This document shows positions 41,992-51,331 of a DNA stretch of 64,000 nucleotides, in pieces. This DNA is from Flavobacteriales bacterium (GTDB lineage Bacteria; Bacteroidota; Bacteroidia; Flavobacteriales_F; PHOS-HE28). Positions within the stretch are counted from its first letter, which is position 1. Each line of letters begins with the position of its first letter. The notes beneath the pieces were generated by a model that was not told the origin of the DNA, searched no databases, and saw nothing but the letters and a program-made list of their open reading frames with translations. The position numbers and the translations under genes are program-made. The stretch spans positions 11,100 through 75,099 of the forward strand of contig JBEPUG010000002.1 in NCBI GenBank assembly GCA_041691695.1. Reading direction: 5' to 3'.

Positions 41992-44568
41992 CTACCCGCA
42001 CTTCGAGCTACCGCAGCTCCTGCACTTCAGGCAGCCTTCCTCATAGTACACACCTTCGCTGTCTCCGCAGTCGTTGCACTTGCGACCACTGGCACTGGTG
42101 CCATTGGGAATGTAGCGGGAAAGCGCGCGGGCTATGCCGTTCTTCCACGTGTTCAACGTAGCGTCGTAGAGGTTCAGATTCACCACTGTATCCACCACGT
42201 GCGGCACGGAGACGCCTTGGCGCAGCATGCCGCTGATGAAGATCGCGTAGTTCCAGTATTCCTTGTCGAAACTGCGGCTGAGGCCTTGGATGGTCACACG
42301 GTAGTCGTCGCTATCGGCGTACTGCAGATCGTAGATGTTCTTTTTCGTTTTGGCGTCGGGGCGCTTGATCACCCAGCCCTTCTCCACCCACTTCGGCAGT
42401 TGGAACACGCCTTCGGCCTTGCCGGTGAAGATCTCATAAGGTTTGCCATCGAGCAGGCCCACCACGGCGATCCACGGCTCCAGCTCGTTGTTGAAGCGGA
42501 TCACATCGGCCTCCAGTATCTCCGGACGTTTGGCGTGCGAAACGGCAGCATCCGTCTTCTTCTCGTTGGAGACCAGCACGCCGCTGCGCGATCCATCACG
42601 GTAGACGGTGACGCCCTTCAATCCCATGTGCCAAGCCTCGCGATAGATGTTGCCCACCAGTTCCGCGGAAACATCCGAAGGCAGATTGATGGTGCTGCTG
42701 ATGCTGTGCGTAGTGTACTTCTGCACGGCGGCCTGTAGGCGCACGCGGCGGTGCCAATCGATGTCGTTCGCGGTGCAGTTGGCGTAGGGACTTTCCTTCA
42801 CATCGGTCTTTCCGGTGGCCTTCATCCAATCCACCAGGCGCGGATGGTGAACTACGAACTCCTCCCACTGGTCGCCCATGTCATCGGTGAAGGCAACGGC
42901 TTCCTTCGGCGCATTCGGGCCGAGCTTCCGGCGGCGCGTGTAGCCGAGCATATACACCGGCTCGATGCCGCTGCTGGTGCGGGTAAGCAGGCTCAACGTA
43001 CCCGTGGGCGCCACCGTGCTAATGCTGATGTTGCGTCGTCCATTCTTCATCATCCGCTCATGCAGTTCAGGCAGTTCGGTGGCGAGCATGTCGGTGAATT
43101 CGGACGTGCGTTCCACGGCGGGATCAAAGCCGACGAAGCTGCCGCGCTCGATCGCCATGTCGATGCTGCTGTTGAACTCGGCTTCACACTTGGTGCGCAA
43201 CATGTGTTCCGCGGCCTCTACTGCGGCTTCGCTATCGTAGGCCAAGTTCAGTGCGGCGAGCGCATCGCCCATGCCTGTAAAGCCAAGCCCGGTGCGGCGG
43301 CCCTTGCGACCGGTCTCACCCAGTAGCTGCCAGGTCTCACGCTCCACGCGCTTCACGGCATCCGGCTCGGGGTCCTTATCGATCTTCACCAGAATGCGTT
43401 CCACGGCTTCGAGTTCGAGGTCCACGAGATCGTCCATCAGGCGTTGCGCCTCGTAGGTCACTTTCGCTAGGCGCTTGTGGTCGAAACGTGCCTTCGGGGT
43501 AAAGGCATCGGTAACGAAGGAATAGAAGTTGATGGCGATCAAGCGGCAGCTGTCCCCACCCTGCATAGCGATCTCGCCGCAGGGATTGGTGCTTTCGTTC
43601 TGGAAGCCGGGATAGACGGACGAGGTGGAGTACTTGTGCTGGCGGTCCCAGAAGATGATGCCGGGCTCGGCGCTGTGGTGCGCGCACTTGATCAAGGTGT
43701 CCCAAAGTTCGCGGGCACGCACCTTCTTCGTTACTGTCGGGGTCTTGCTGTCGATGGGCCAGCGATGCGTGTACTCGGCATCATCCTCCACTGCTTGCAG
43801 GAACTCATCGCTCACACGGACGCTGATGTTTGCGCCGGTCACCTTCATCAGGTCCTGCTTGATGGTGATGAACTGCTCCACGTCGGGATGCGCAATATCC
43901 ATGGTGAGCATCAACGCTCCCCTCCTTCCCTTCTGCGCCACTTCGCGCGTAGTGTTGCTGAAGCGTTCCATGAACGACACTGCGCCGGTACTTGTGCGCG
44001 CGGCGTTGCTCACTTCGGCACCTTCCGGGCGAAGCGTACTCAGGTCGAAGCCCACGCCACAGCGGCGCTTGAATAGTTGGGCCAGCTGCTGGTCGTTGCG
44101 GAAGATGCCACCGTAGCTGTCCACCGGAGCGGGGATCACCACGCAATTGGAAAGGGAGGCCAAGCGCGTGGGATCTCCGAGTGAGGCCATCACGCTGCCC
44201 TGAGGCACGATGTCGCGAAAACCGTCGAAGAGGTCGAAGATGCGCTTCTCATCCAAGGGTTTGCGCTTTTGGCCATAGGTGGAAAGCAAGGCCTGCTTCT
44301 CCGCCGGGATAGCCTTGTACGAACGTTCGATGCGAGCGAACTCGCGGGCCATGCGGCTGTGCGTATCGGCGGGCGTGAGTTCGATCAGTTCACCCTTCGC
44401 ATTGCGCAGGGCATACTTGTTCATCCACGTGGTGGCAGCGAGCTCATCGTCTTGGAAATAAGCGAGCGCCGCAGCAAGCACCTCCTCATGTGAATAGCTG
44501 GTACTGGGCTTAGGTCGTGTAGCGCTGGTCATGGAAGTGGCTTCTTCAAAGAGGATGGCTTGGGGCAT
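41992..44568 (-). CDS. nrdJ: Adenosylcobalamin-dependent (class II) ribonucleotide reductase
   Basis: 858 aa. RNR catalytic core (NPCGEI) and a C-terminal Cys-rich tail CNDCGDSEGVYYEEGCLKCRSCGSSKCG. Start may be the second ATG (MTSATRP). Confidence 0.9.
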   Translation of the reverse strand: MPQAILFEEATSMTSATRPKPSTSYSHEEVLAAALAYFQDDELAATTWMNKYALRNAKGELIELTPADTHSRMAREFARIERSYKAIPAEKQALLSTYGQKRKPLDEKRIFDLFDGFRDIVPQGSVMASLGDPTRLASLSNCVVIPAPVDSYGGIFRNDQQLAQLFKRRCGVGFDLSTLRPEGAEVSNAARTSTGAVSFMERFSNTTREVAQKGRRGALMLTMDIAHPDVEQFITIKQDLMKVTGANISVRVSDEFLQAVEDDAEYTHRWPIDSKTPTVTKKVRARELWDTLIKCAHHSAEPGIIFWDRQHKYSTSSVYPGFQNESTNPCGEIAMQGGDSCRLIAINFYSFVTDAFTPKARFDHKRLAKVTYEAQRLMDDLVDLELEAVERILVKIDKDPEPDAVKRVERETWQLLGETGRKGRRTGLGFTGMGDALAALNLAYDSEAAVEAAEHMLRTKCEAEFNSSIDMAIERGSFVGFDPAVERTSEFTDMLATELPELHERMMKNGRRNISISTVAPTGTLSLLTRTSSGIEPVYMLGYTRRRKLGPNAPKEAVAFTDDMGDQWEEFVVHHPRLVDWMKATGKTDVKESPYANCTANDIDWHRRVRLQAAVQKYTTHSISSTINLPSDVSAELVGNIYREAWHMGLKGVTVYRDGSRSGVLVSNEKKTDAAVSHAKRPEILEADVIRFNNELEPWIAVVGLLDGKPYEIFTGKAEGVFQLPKWVEKGWVIKRPDAKTKKNIYDLQYADSDDYRVTIQGLSRSFDKEYWNYAIFISGMLRQGVSVPHVVDTVVNLNLYDATLNTWKNGIARALSRYIPNGTSASGRKCNDCGDSEGVYYEEGCLKCRSCGSSKCG

Positions 44569-44780
44569 CGGGATCGATTTTATGCGGGTTCCAAAGCTGC
44601 AAGATCAACCTCCTGACAAGGGTCAAATTCAACATTGATCATCCACAGCGTTATGAACGATCAATACCACCTGATACTGGAACGCTTACGCCTGTTGAGT
44701 TGAAGGCCGACGTTGATAACTACAAGTGCTCGTTCGCGCTTTCAGTTGTGATCGACCGGCTCTTTGTGCTTTCCACGTTT

Positions 44781-44923
44781 GTGGCTTGCAACTCGAAGCC
44801 TCAAGCCAGAAGCCACAAGCTGTGGGTCGCAGGTCACCACGAACACGGAGTGCTGCACAACTCGCCGACACGCCGCCAATCACCAACAACCAGGCACCTA
44901 TCACCATCGAGCGATCACCATGG
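44781..44923. repeat. Composite of words shared with other spacers (GTGGCTTG/AAGCCACAAGCT; [AGT]TCACCA x4)
   Basis: AAGCCACAAGCT at 44810-44821. TCACCA words at 44833, 44879, 44900 and 44914 (reverse complement of the GGTGAT words at 19526-19561). Confidence 0.7.
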
Positions 44924-45048
44924 CAAACAGCAGAGGCGCCCTCGCGGACGCCTTTGCTGACTTTCACCCCACCTTCTAGGACCAGATCGGTGGCATTTCG
45001 TTCACTGGCCCGGAAATATCAGTTTGACGATCGACCGAGGGGCTCACT

Positions 45049-45564
45049 TCAGGATTTCTTCTCCGGCTTCAGTGTGCGCATGAACTCCAGCACGTTGCGG
45101 GCATCATCCTTGTCCAGATTCTGGTTGGGCATACGCACCAGGCATTCCTCAAGAAGGGACTGTGCGTGCTCATCGCTTTCCAGCATGGCGTCCGTGTGTA
45201 GGATCATGTTCATGATCGACTCCGGTTTGCGCTGCTCCACTACACCCGCCCAGCCTGGCCCCACAACGCGATTGGTACCGAGGCTGTGGCATGCTTGGCA
45301 CTTCACATCATAGATATCCTTGCCCTTGGCGGCCATACCCTTGTCAATGGGACCCAACTTGATATCATCAGCTGTGATCAAGCCTGCAACTGCTGTTGAT
45401 GGTGCTGCGGTCGCCGGTGTTTCAACTCCCGCCGGGGCCGGTGCAGGGGTGGTAGTACTGGAGGTGCTTTCACCACCGCCACAGGCCATGGCAAAGGCGG
45501 TGAGGCCGACAAGTGCGAGGACGGAGAAGGTGTTCAAGGAGCGTGTGCTGTTGTTGGTTGCCAT
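45049..45564 (-). CDS. Class I c-type cytochrome, lipoprotein-like, with Ala/Thr/Pro linker
   Basis: 171 aa with signal plus MACGGG and heme site CQACH. Paralogue of 47082..47582. Confidence 0.85.
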   Translation of the reverse strand: MATNNSTRSLNTFSVLALVGLTAFAMACGGGESTSSTTTPAPAPAGVETPATAAPSTAVAGLITADDIKLGPIDKGMAAKGKDIYDVKCQACHSLGTNRVVGPGWAGVVEQRKPESIMNMILHTDAMLESDEHAQSLLEECLVRMPNQNLDKDDARNVLEFMRTLKPEKKS

Positions 45565-45690
45565 CGTATCGATGTGTTTACGGGTTCAAAAGTCGTGATC
45601 GCCTGCAAGGTAAACCTGACACTTGTCAGACAAACGCATGATCTATATCAGCGAAGCGTGAACCCCCTTTTTTCCTGACCTTCGGCCCCG

Positions 45691-46920
45691 ATGCGCCGCT
45701 GGTTCAACATTGCCCTGCTGAACTTCGGCATCGCCGCCATTATTGGCTGCGTGCTGCGCGCCATCTACATCTGGGAGATCCCGTACGTGCGTTTCAGGGC
45801 CTTGCTGAACGCACACTACCATGTAGCGATGATAGGCTGGGCCTTGATCGCCATGGTGGTCTTCATGCTTCAGGACGAGACACCGAAAGGTCCTTCGCGA
45901 CGCAGCAACATCCTACTGGCGGTCACCCAACTGGCCGTGTTAGGGATGTTGTTCGGCTTCCCCGTTCAGAGCTATGGCACGTTCATCAACACGGTATCCG
46001 CGCTGCAGATCTTGGCCAGCTACTGGCTCGGCGTGCAGGTCTGGAAGGCCACCGGCACGTGGCGTCCCAACGGCAGCAGGCTGCTGGTGCGCATGGCCGT
46101 GGTGTTGATGTATGTCTCCACCATCGGCGTCTGGGCCTTGGGGCCGATCATCTCCGGGGGGAATTTCGGGACGGAGATCTACTACTGGGCCGTTCAATGG
46201 TTCTTGCATTTCCAGCTCAACGGCTGGTTCTGGTTCGGCGCACTGGCCCTGTGGAGCCGATGGGCCGAAACGCACGGCGCGGACCATGTGCTGGACCGCT
46301 TCACCATCCGCCTCTGGTTGGTTTCCGTGGAGCTCACCTTCGCCTTGGCCATCGCGTGGAGCGAGCGTCATTGGACGGTATATGCCGTGAATTCAATAGG
46401 TGTTGTGCTCCAGCTCTGGGCAGGCTGGCGCACGGCCAAAGCCATTCTCCACGTGCAGAAGATGCTCCAGGACAAGGCCCCGCTCTGGGCATGGCGCTGT
46501 GTCACCTACTCGCTCATCGGCATGGGCCTGAAAGTGATCATGCAGGCCGCTGTCGCCATCCCACAGGTGGCCATCATGGCATTTACCGTGCGCAACTTCG
46601 TTATCGGCTTCATCCACCTGAACACCCTTGGCGCCATCAGCATGATGCTCTTCGCCATGGCGCTGGTCAGAGGCTGGTTCATCAGCACCTCACGCATGGC
46701 GCGTGTGGGGCTTTCGCTTTTTACAGCGGGCATGCTACTGATGGAGGCTGTCCTCTTTCTGCAAGGTCTTCTCTTCTGGATCGGCTGGGGCATGATCCCG
46801 GGCTACTACGCGATCCTCCTCGGCGTTTCCATGTTTCTCCCCGCAGGGATCTTCATCCTGCTGATCCACGGATGGCAGGAGCGCACCAAGTTGCGGCTGC
46901 TCCCTATTCAGGATATGTGA
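45691..46920 (+). CDS. 12-TM membrane protein, distantly NnrS-like
   Basis: 409 aa, about 12 hydrophobic segments. NAHYHVAMIGWA and FIHLNTLGAISMMLFAMA recall the HxHEMxFGF and HALTxGxxGxM segments of NnrS as I remember them. The family call is tentative. Confidence 0.4.
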   Translation: MRRWFNIALLNFGIAAIIGCVLRAIYIWEIPYVRFRALLNAHYHVAMIGWALIAMVVFMLQDETPKGPSRRSNILLAVTQLAVLGMLFGFPVQSYGTFINTVSALQILASYWLGVQVWKATGTWRPNGSRLLVRMAVVLMYVSTIGVWALGPIISGGNFGTEIYYWAVQWFLHFQLNGWFWFGALALWSRWAETHGADHVLDRFTIRLWLVSVELTFALAIAWSERHWTVYAVNSIGVVLQLWAGWRTAKAILHVQKMLQDKAPLWAWRCVTYSLIGMGLKVIMQAAVAIPQVAIMAFTVRNFVIGFIHLNTLGAISMMLFAMALVRGWFISTSRMARVGLSLFTAGMLLMEAVLFLQGLLFWIGWGMIPGYYAILLGVSMFLPAGIFILLIHGWQERTKLRLLPIQDM

Positions 46921-46951
46921 GGCACCGTTCGCCCTCATTGGTCTTCACTTC

Positions 46952-47000
46952 GGGACACTGAGGACACGCAGTATCGGCCTAGTGTCACCTTAGTGTCCGC
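46952..47000. repeat. GGACAC x2 / GTGTCC-type x2 mirror array (short relative at 51973-51998)
   Basis: GGGACACTGAGGACACGC ... CTAGTGTCACCTTAGTGTCCGC. GGGACACTGAGG and ACCTTAG recur at 51973-51998. Confidence 0.75.
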
Positions 47001-47037
47001 TTCGCGAGACCACTGACGGAGCTGGTCGCAAAAGAAA

Positions 47038-47063
47038 AAGGCCGGTCCTCGCAGAGCGGCCTT
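47038..47063. terminator. Hairpin flanked by an A-run and a T-run between convergent genes
   Basis: AAGGCCG ... CGGCCTT stem, preceded by AAAAGAAAAA and followed by CATTCGTTTTCG. Candidate bidirectional terminator. Confidence 0.5.
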
Positions 47064-47081
47064 CATTCGTTTTCGAGATCC

Positions 47082-47582
47082 TCAATTCAGCGTCCGCATC
47101 AACTCAAGCATATTCCGCGCTTGATCCTTGGTGAGTTGCTGATCGGTCATCTGCGCCTTGGTAAGTTCCACCAGGTTCTGCGCTGCCGTGTCATTCTCCA
47201 ACATCCATTGGGTATGCAGGATCATGTTCATGATCCATTCCGGTTTGCGGTGCTCGGTCACGCCTTTCCAGCCAGGACCCACGACCTTTTGATCGGAGAG
47301 ACCATGGCAGACGTGGCACTTCTCATCGAAGATCTTCTTGCCCGCGTCCACTTTGGCTTGATCGATCGGCCCCAACGTGATGTCAGATGCGGTGATGAAG
47401 CCTGCAGGATAGGCCGGTTGGGCCGATGCTACGGTTGCTGCAGGTGCCGTCGCTGTAGGAACAGGGGCCTTTGGCGTGCCGAATTCAGGAGTCTTCTCTC
47501 CGGTCCCACCACCACAGGAACAGACGAAAAGTGCGATGGCGATAGCCACCAAAGAAGGTTGCAGGGATGAGGAGGTATGCAT
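47082..47582 (-). CDS. Class I c-type cytochrome (paralogue of 45049..45564)
   Basis: 166 aa with signal plus VCSCGGG and heme site CHVCH. The C-terminal approximately 100 aa align with the other copy (VVGPGW.GV.E.RKPE.IMNMILHT). Confidence 0.85.
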   Translation of the reverse strand: MHTSSSLQPSLVAIAIALFVCSCGGGTGEKTPEFGTPKAPVPTATAPAATVASAQPAYPAGFITASDITLGPIDQAKVDAGKKIFDEKCHVCHGLSDQKVVGPGWKGVTEHRKPEWIMNMILHTQWMLENDTAAQNLVELTKAQMTDQQLTKDQARNMLELMRTLN

Positions 47583-47657
47583 GGTGATAGGTGTTTATGT
47601 TTTGGGCCGCTCCCGGGAGCAAAGTGCGGCGAGTTGCACGGCTCGCAGAAGTAACAG

Positions 47658-47686
47658 GTGGAGGCGAGCTTTGTTCTCGCCTCCAC
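47658..47686 (-). terminator. Perfect 11-bp stem hairpin between nirK and the downstream cytochrome c gene
   Basis: GTGGAGGCGAG ctttgtt CTCGCCTCCAC, 16 nt past the nirK stop (47702). Confidence 0.5.
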
Positions 47687-47701
47687 GTGCTGCTTCTTCA
47701 A

Positions 47702-48802
47702 CTACTGCGAAGTATGAGCTTTCGCGACCTGCTTCATCAGGTCATCATTCCACGCTCCGTCCACCTTCACCTGCCCCACCGCATTGAACACCAAAGCCTT
47801 TATCAACTCGTGGTCGAGGAAGGCGTACGTACCGGGTTCCCGGAACTGATACATGGCAGCCACCGCGGATCCGCCCGGCACCATCCAGGTCTCGTAGTCC
47901 GTAGCAGGCCGGTCATTGAACGAACCGCCGTTCCAAACCAGGTCAGCATGGCCCCCGATCAGGTGGAAGCGCGCATCGATGTTGCACGATGCGGTGATGA
48001 AGAGGACCTTCTCGCCAACGCTGGCCTTCATGGCGTTCTCCCCTGTCAGTGATCCTGGAGTGCCGTTGAAAATGATGTGCGAGGGGATCAATCCCTTCAT
48101 CACTTGAAGCATGTCCGCGAAGCCGGCCGAAGGCGTGTCATATTCCTTGTATTTCCCCTGCTCGTCCTTGGGGAGATAGTAGTCCTGCTCCACCACGTAG
48201 TAGGCCTTGTCATACTTCACCGGATTGCCGTTCTCGTCGCTCAGTCCGTTGCGGGGCAGCACCATGATAGCGCCATTCATGCCGGACGCAACGTGCAGCG
48301 GGACCATCGCTCCACCGGGTGCGCAGTGGTAAACGAACACACCGGGCTTCAGCACCCGGAAACGAATGGTCGACTCTTGGCCCGGTTCGACCAGGGAAAG
48401 ATCACCTCCTCCCATGGCTCCAGTGGCCGCATGGAAATCAAGGTTGTGAGAGAGTGTGTTGGTCTTCGGATTCACCAAGGTCACTTGGACATAATCACCT
48501 TGGTGGGCCACGATGATCGGAGCAGGCACCGATCCATTGAAGGTCAACGCCCAGATCGTCGCGTCGGGGCCGATCTTCATCTTCTTTTCTTCCACGGTCA
48601 GCTTCACATCGATCACCACCGGACCGCTTTTGTCCACTTGGTCATACACCGGAAGGTTTGGGGGCGCTACCAAAGCCTCTTCCACATCCGGAAGCTTATC
48701 CACATCCACATGGGCCAAGGGATCGAAGACGGAGGTGTGCGTTGGCGTGCAGGAGCCGAGGAAGAACAGCGGCACTGCAGCGAGGAACGAAGTGATTTTC
48801 AT
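47702..48802 (-). CDS. nirK: Copper-containing nitrite reductase
   Basis: Track ORF trimmed to ATG 48802 (MKITSFLAAVPLFFLGSC lipobox). Cu ligand segments HNLDFH and YHCAPGGAMVPLHVASGM. Confidence 0.92.
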   Translation of the reverse strand: MKITSFLAAVPLFFLGSCTPTHTSVFDPLAHVDVDKLPDVEEALVAPPNLPVYDQVDKSGPVVIDVKLTVEEKKMKIGPDATIWALTFNGSVPAPIIVAHQGDYVQVTLVNPKTNTLSHNLDFHAATGAMGGGDLSLVEPGQESTIRFRVLKPGVFVYHCAPGGAMVPLHVASGMNGAIMVLPRNGLSDENGNPVKYDKAYYVVEQDYYLPKDEQGKYKEYDTPSAGFADMLQVMKGLIPSHIIFNGTPGSLTGENAMKASVGEKVLFITASCNIDARFHLIGGHADLVWNGGSFNDRPATDYETWMVPGGSAVAAMYQFREPGTYAFLDHELIKALVFNAVGQVKVDGAWNDDLMKQVAKAHTSQ

Positions 48803-48928
48803 GTTGGCAACGTGTTTTGTTGGGCCAAAAGTGAACATTGTGCAGCGTATGGTCATGACATGCATCAGTTCCGCGCGAATGCGATCTTCCCGTCACCGGA
48901 AGTAAATTGCGCAACCCAAGACGCACTC

Positions 48929-51325
48929 ATGTCCCTGACCAACGCAGATACCACCGAAGAGAAGATCACCCTCGATGAATTGAAAGAGGAGATCCTTCAC
49001 GACTTCCACCTTGTGACCCTCAGCCGCGAGGCTAGTCTGATCGGCCGCAAGGAAGTGCTCACCGGCAAGGCCAAATTCGGCATCTTCGGGGATGGCAAGG
49101 AACTCGCGCAAGTGGCCATGGCCAAGCAGTTCCGCCACGGTGATTGGCGCAGCGGATACTACCGCGACATGACATTCATGTTCGCCATTGGCGAGCTCAC
49201 CGTGCAGCAGTGGTTCGCGCAACTTTATGCGCATGCGGATGTGATTGCCGAGCCCGCCAGCGCCGGACGCCAGATGAACGGCCACTTCGCCACACGCAGC
49301 CTCGATGCCAACGGCGAGTGGAAGAACCTCGCCGACCAATACAACTCCAGCCCGGACATCTCCCCTACCGCCGGCCAGATGCCGCGACTTCTCGGCCTCG
49401 CACAAGCCAGCAAGATGTTCCGGCAGAATGAAACGCTGCACGGCTACACGCAGTTCAGCGACCATGGCAACGAGGTCGCCTTCGGTACCATTGGTGACGC
49501 CAGCACCAGCGAAGGCCCATTCTGGGAAACGATGAATGCGGCCGGCGTGCTGCAAGTGCCCATGGCCATGAGCGTTTGGGATGACGGCTGGGGAATCAGC
49601 GTGGGCAAGGAATACCAGACCACCAAGGGCAGTATCAGCAAGCTGTTGCAAGGCTTCGAGAAGCAGGAGAACACCAACGGTATCCGTATTCACAGGGTGA
49701 AAGGTTGGGACTACGCCGCGCTGAACAAGACCTACGAGCAAGCTATCGCCCAATGCCGCGAAGAGCATGTGCCCTGCCTGATCCATGTGGAGGAGTTGAC
49801 GCAGCCACAAGGCCACAGTACCAGCGGAAGCCACGAGCGCTACAAGAGCAAGGAGTTGCTGGAGTGGTACAAGACCGCCGATTGCAACGTGCGCTTCCGC
49901 GAATGGATCCTCGCCTTCAAGCCAGGAGGTGTTCCCATCGCCAGCGTGGAAGAGCTCGATGCCATCCATGCCAAGGCTAAGGCCGATGCACGTTCTGCTC
50001 AGAAAGCCGCCTGGGCCGCATACCTCGCACCGATCCAAGCTGAACGAGAAGAAGTGATCGCGCTTGTTGAAGCCTTGGGCATTGATCGTTCCGACACGCT
50101 CTCACAGGAATTGCGCAGCGCGATGGATCCCTGTCGCAAGGACATCCTGAGCGTCGCGCGCCGCGCCTTACTGGCTGCGGATATCGCCGGTGCGAATGCG
50201 GAAGAACTGCGCGCGTGGATCAAGACCTCCAATGCCGCCAATGCTGACCGCTACGACAGCTACCTCTACAGTCAAAGCGCAAAGAGCTGCCTCAACATCA
50301 CCGAAGTTCCAGTGGAATATGGCGATGACGAAGAAGTGGACGGCCGCATCATCATCCGTGACAACTTCGCTGCGCTTTTCGAGAAAGAGCCACTGTTGCT
50401 GACATTCGGTGAGGACACCGGCAAGATCGGGGATGTGAACCAAGGCATGGAAGGCATGCAGGCGCGCTTCGGCGAACTGCGCGTCAGCGACGTCGGCATC
50501 CGCGAGAACAGCATCCTCGGCCAAGGCATCGGCATGGCGCTGCGCGGTCTTCGTCCTGTGGCGGAGATCCAATACCTCGACTACCTGCTCTACTGCCTCC
50601 AAGTGATGAGCGACGATCTCGCCACCATGCAATGGCGCACCAAGGGCGGCCAGAAAGCGCCGCTGATCGTGCGCACGCGCGGGCACCGGCTGGAAGGCGT
50701 ATGGCACAGCGGCAGCCCCATGGGCATGATCATCAACAGCCTGCGCGGCATCGTGGTCTGCGTGCCGCGCAACATGCAGCAGGCCGCCGGCATGTACAAC
50801 ACGCTCATCCAAAGCGATGATCCCGCGCTGGTGATCGAATGCCTCAACGGCTACCGCAGCAAGGAGCGCCTGCCGAGCAACCTCGGCGAATTCACCGTGC
50901 CCATCGGCATCCCCGAAGTGGTGCGCGAAGGCAGCGACCTCACCCTCGTCAGCTACGGCAGCACCTTCAACCTCTGCATGCACGCCGCAGACCGCCTCGC
51001 GGAACTCGGCATCTGCGTGGAGATGATCGACGTGCGCACGCTCCTCCCCTTCGACCGCGAGCACCGCATTGTGGAAAGCCTGAAGAAGTCCAGCCGCCTG
51101 CTCGTAGTGGACGAGGACGTGCCCGGCGGCGCCAGCGCATTCATCTTGCAACAAGTGCTGCAAGTGCAGAACGGCTACCGCTGGTTGGACAGCGCTCCGA
51201 CCACGCTTACTGCCAAGGCCCATCGTCCTGCTTATGGAACGGATGGGGACTACTTCAGCAAGCCGAGCATTGAGGATGTGGTGGAGGTTGTGGTTGGGAT
51301 GATGCGGGAGGCTGGTCTCAAGTAG
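48929..51325 (+). CDS. TPP-dependent 2-oxoacid dehydrogenase E1 component, fused alpha/beta subunits
   Basis: Track ORF 48077..51325 trimmed to ATG 48929 (MSLTNADTTEEK...); the upstream part is antisense to nirK. E1-alpha-like N-half and E1-beta-like C-half (RVSDVGIRENSILGQGIGMA). Confidence 0.85.
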   Translation: MSLTNADTTEEKITLDELKEEILHDFHLVTLSREASLIGRKEVLTGKAKFGIFGDGKELAQVAMAKQFRHGDWRSGYYRDMTFMFAIGELTVQQWFAQLYAHADVIAEPASAGRQMNGHFATRSLDANGEWKNLADQYNSSPDISPTAGQMPRLLGLAQASKMFRQNETLHGYTQFSDHGNEVAFGTIGDASTSEGPFWETMNAAGVLQVPMAMSVWDDGWGISVGKEYQTTKGSISKLLQGFEKQENTNGIRIHRVKGWDYAALNKTYEQAIAQCREEHVPCLIHVEELTQPQGHSTSGSHERYKSKELLEWYKTADCNVRFREWILAFKPGGVPIASVEELDAIHAKAKADARSAQKAAWAAYLAPIQAEREEVIALVEALGIDRSDTLSQELRSAMDPCRKDILSVARRALLAADIAGANAEELRAWIKTSNAANADRYDSYLYSQSAKSCLNITEVPVEYGDDEEVDGRIIIRDNFAALFEKEPLLLTFGEDTGKIGDVNQGMEGMQARFGELRVSDVGIRENSILGQGIGMALRGLRPVAEIQYLDYLLYCLQVMSDDLATMQWRTKGGQKAPLIVRTRGHRLEGVWHSGSPMGMIINSLRGIVVCVPRNMQQAAGMYNTLIQSDDPALVIECLNGYRSKERLPSNLGEFTVPIGIPEVVREGSDLTLVSYGSTFNLCMHAADRLAELGICVEMIDVRTLLPFDREHRIVESLKKSSRLLVVDEDVPGGASAFILQQVLQVQNGYRWLDSAPTTLTAKAHRPAYGTDGDYFSKPSIEDVVEVVVGMMREAGLK

Positions 51326-51331
51326 GCGTTC

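Noticed and set aside
41992-44568. Checked nrdJ and dnaB (57921-59456) for inteins, and nrdJ upstream for a B12 riboswitch.
   Set aside because: Both proteins have normal lengths and are uninterrupted. No intein blocks and no riboswitch core were recognisable.
45617-45628. Considered TGACA-CT-TGTCA (45617-45628) and TGGTCATGACA (48850-48860) as shared Crp/Fnr-type operators for the denitrification genes.
   Set aside because: There are only two short, non-identical half-palindromes, and TGTCAG-like words are common in this window's repeats. A genome-wide motif search would be needed.
48077-48928. Considered the 284-codon N-terminal extension of the E1 dehydrogenase ORF.
   Set aside because: The extension is antisense to nirK and low-complexity. 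The recognisable E1 sequence begins at ATG 48929. The same logic applied to 37652-38188 (porin), 23747-24040 (mutY), 40270-40581 (queD) and 38000-38311 (OsmC).
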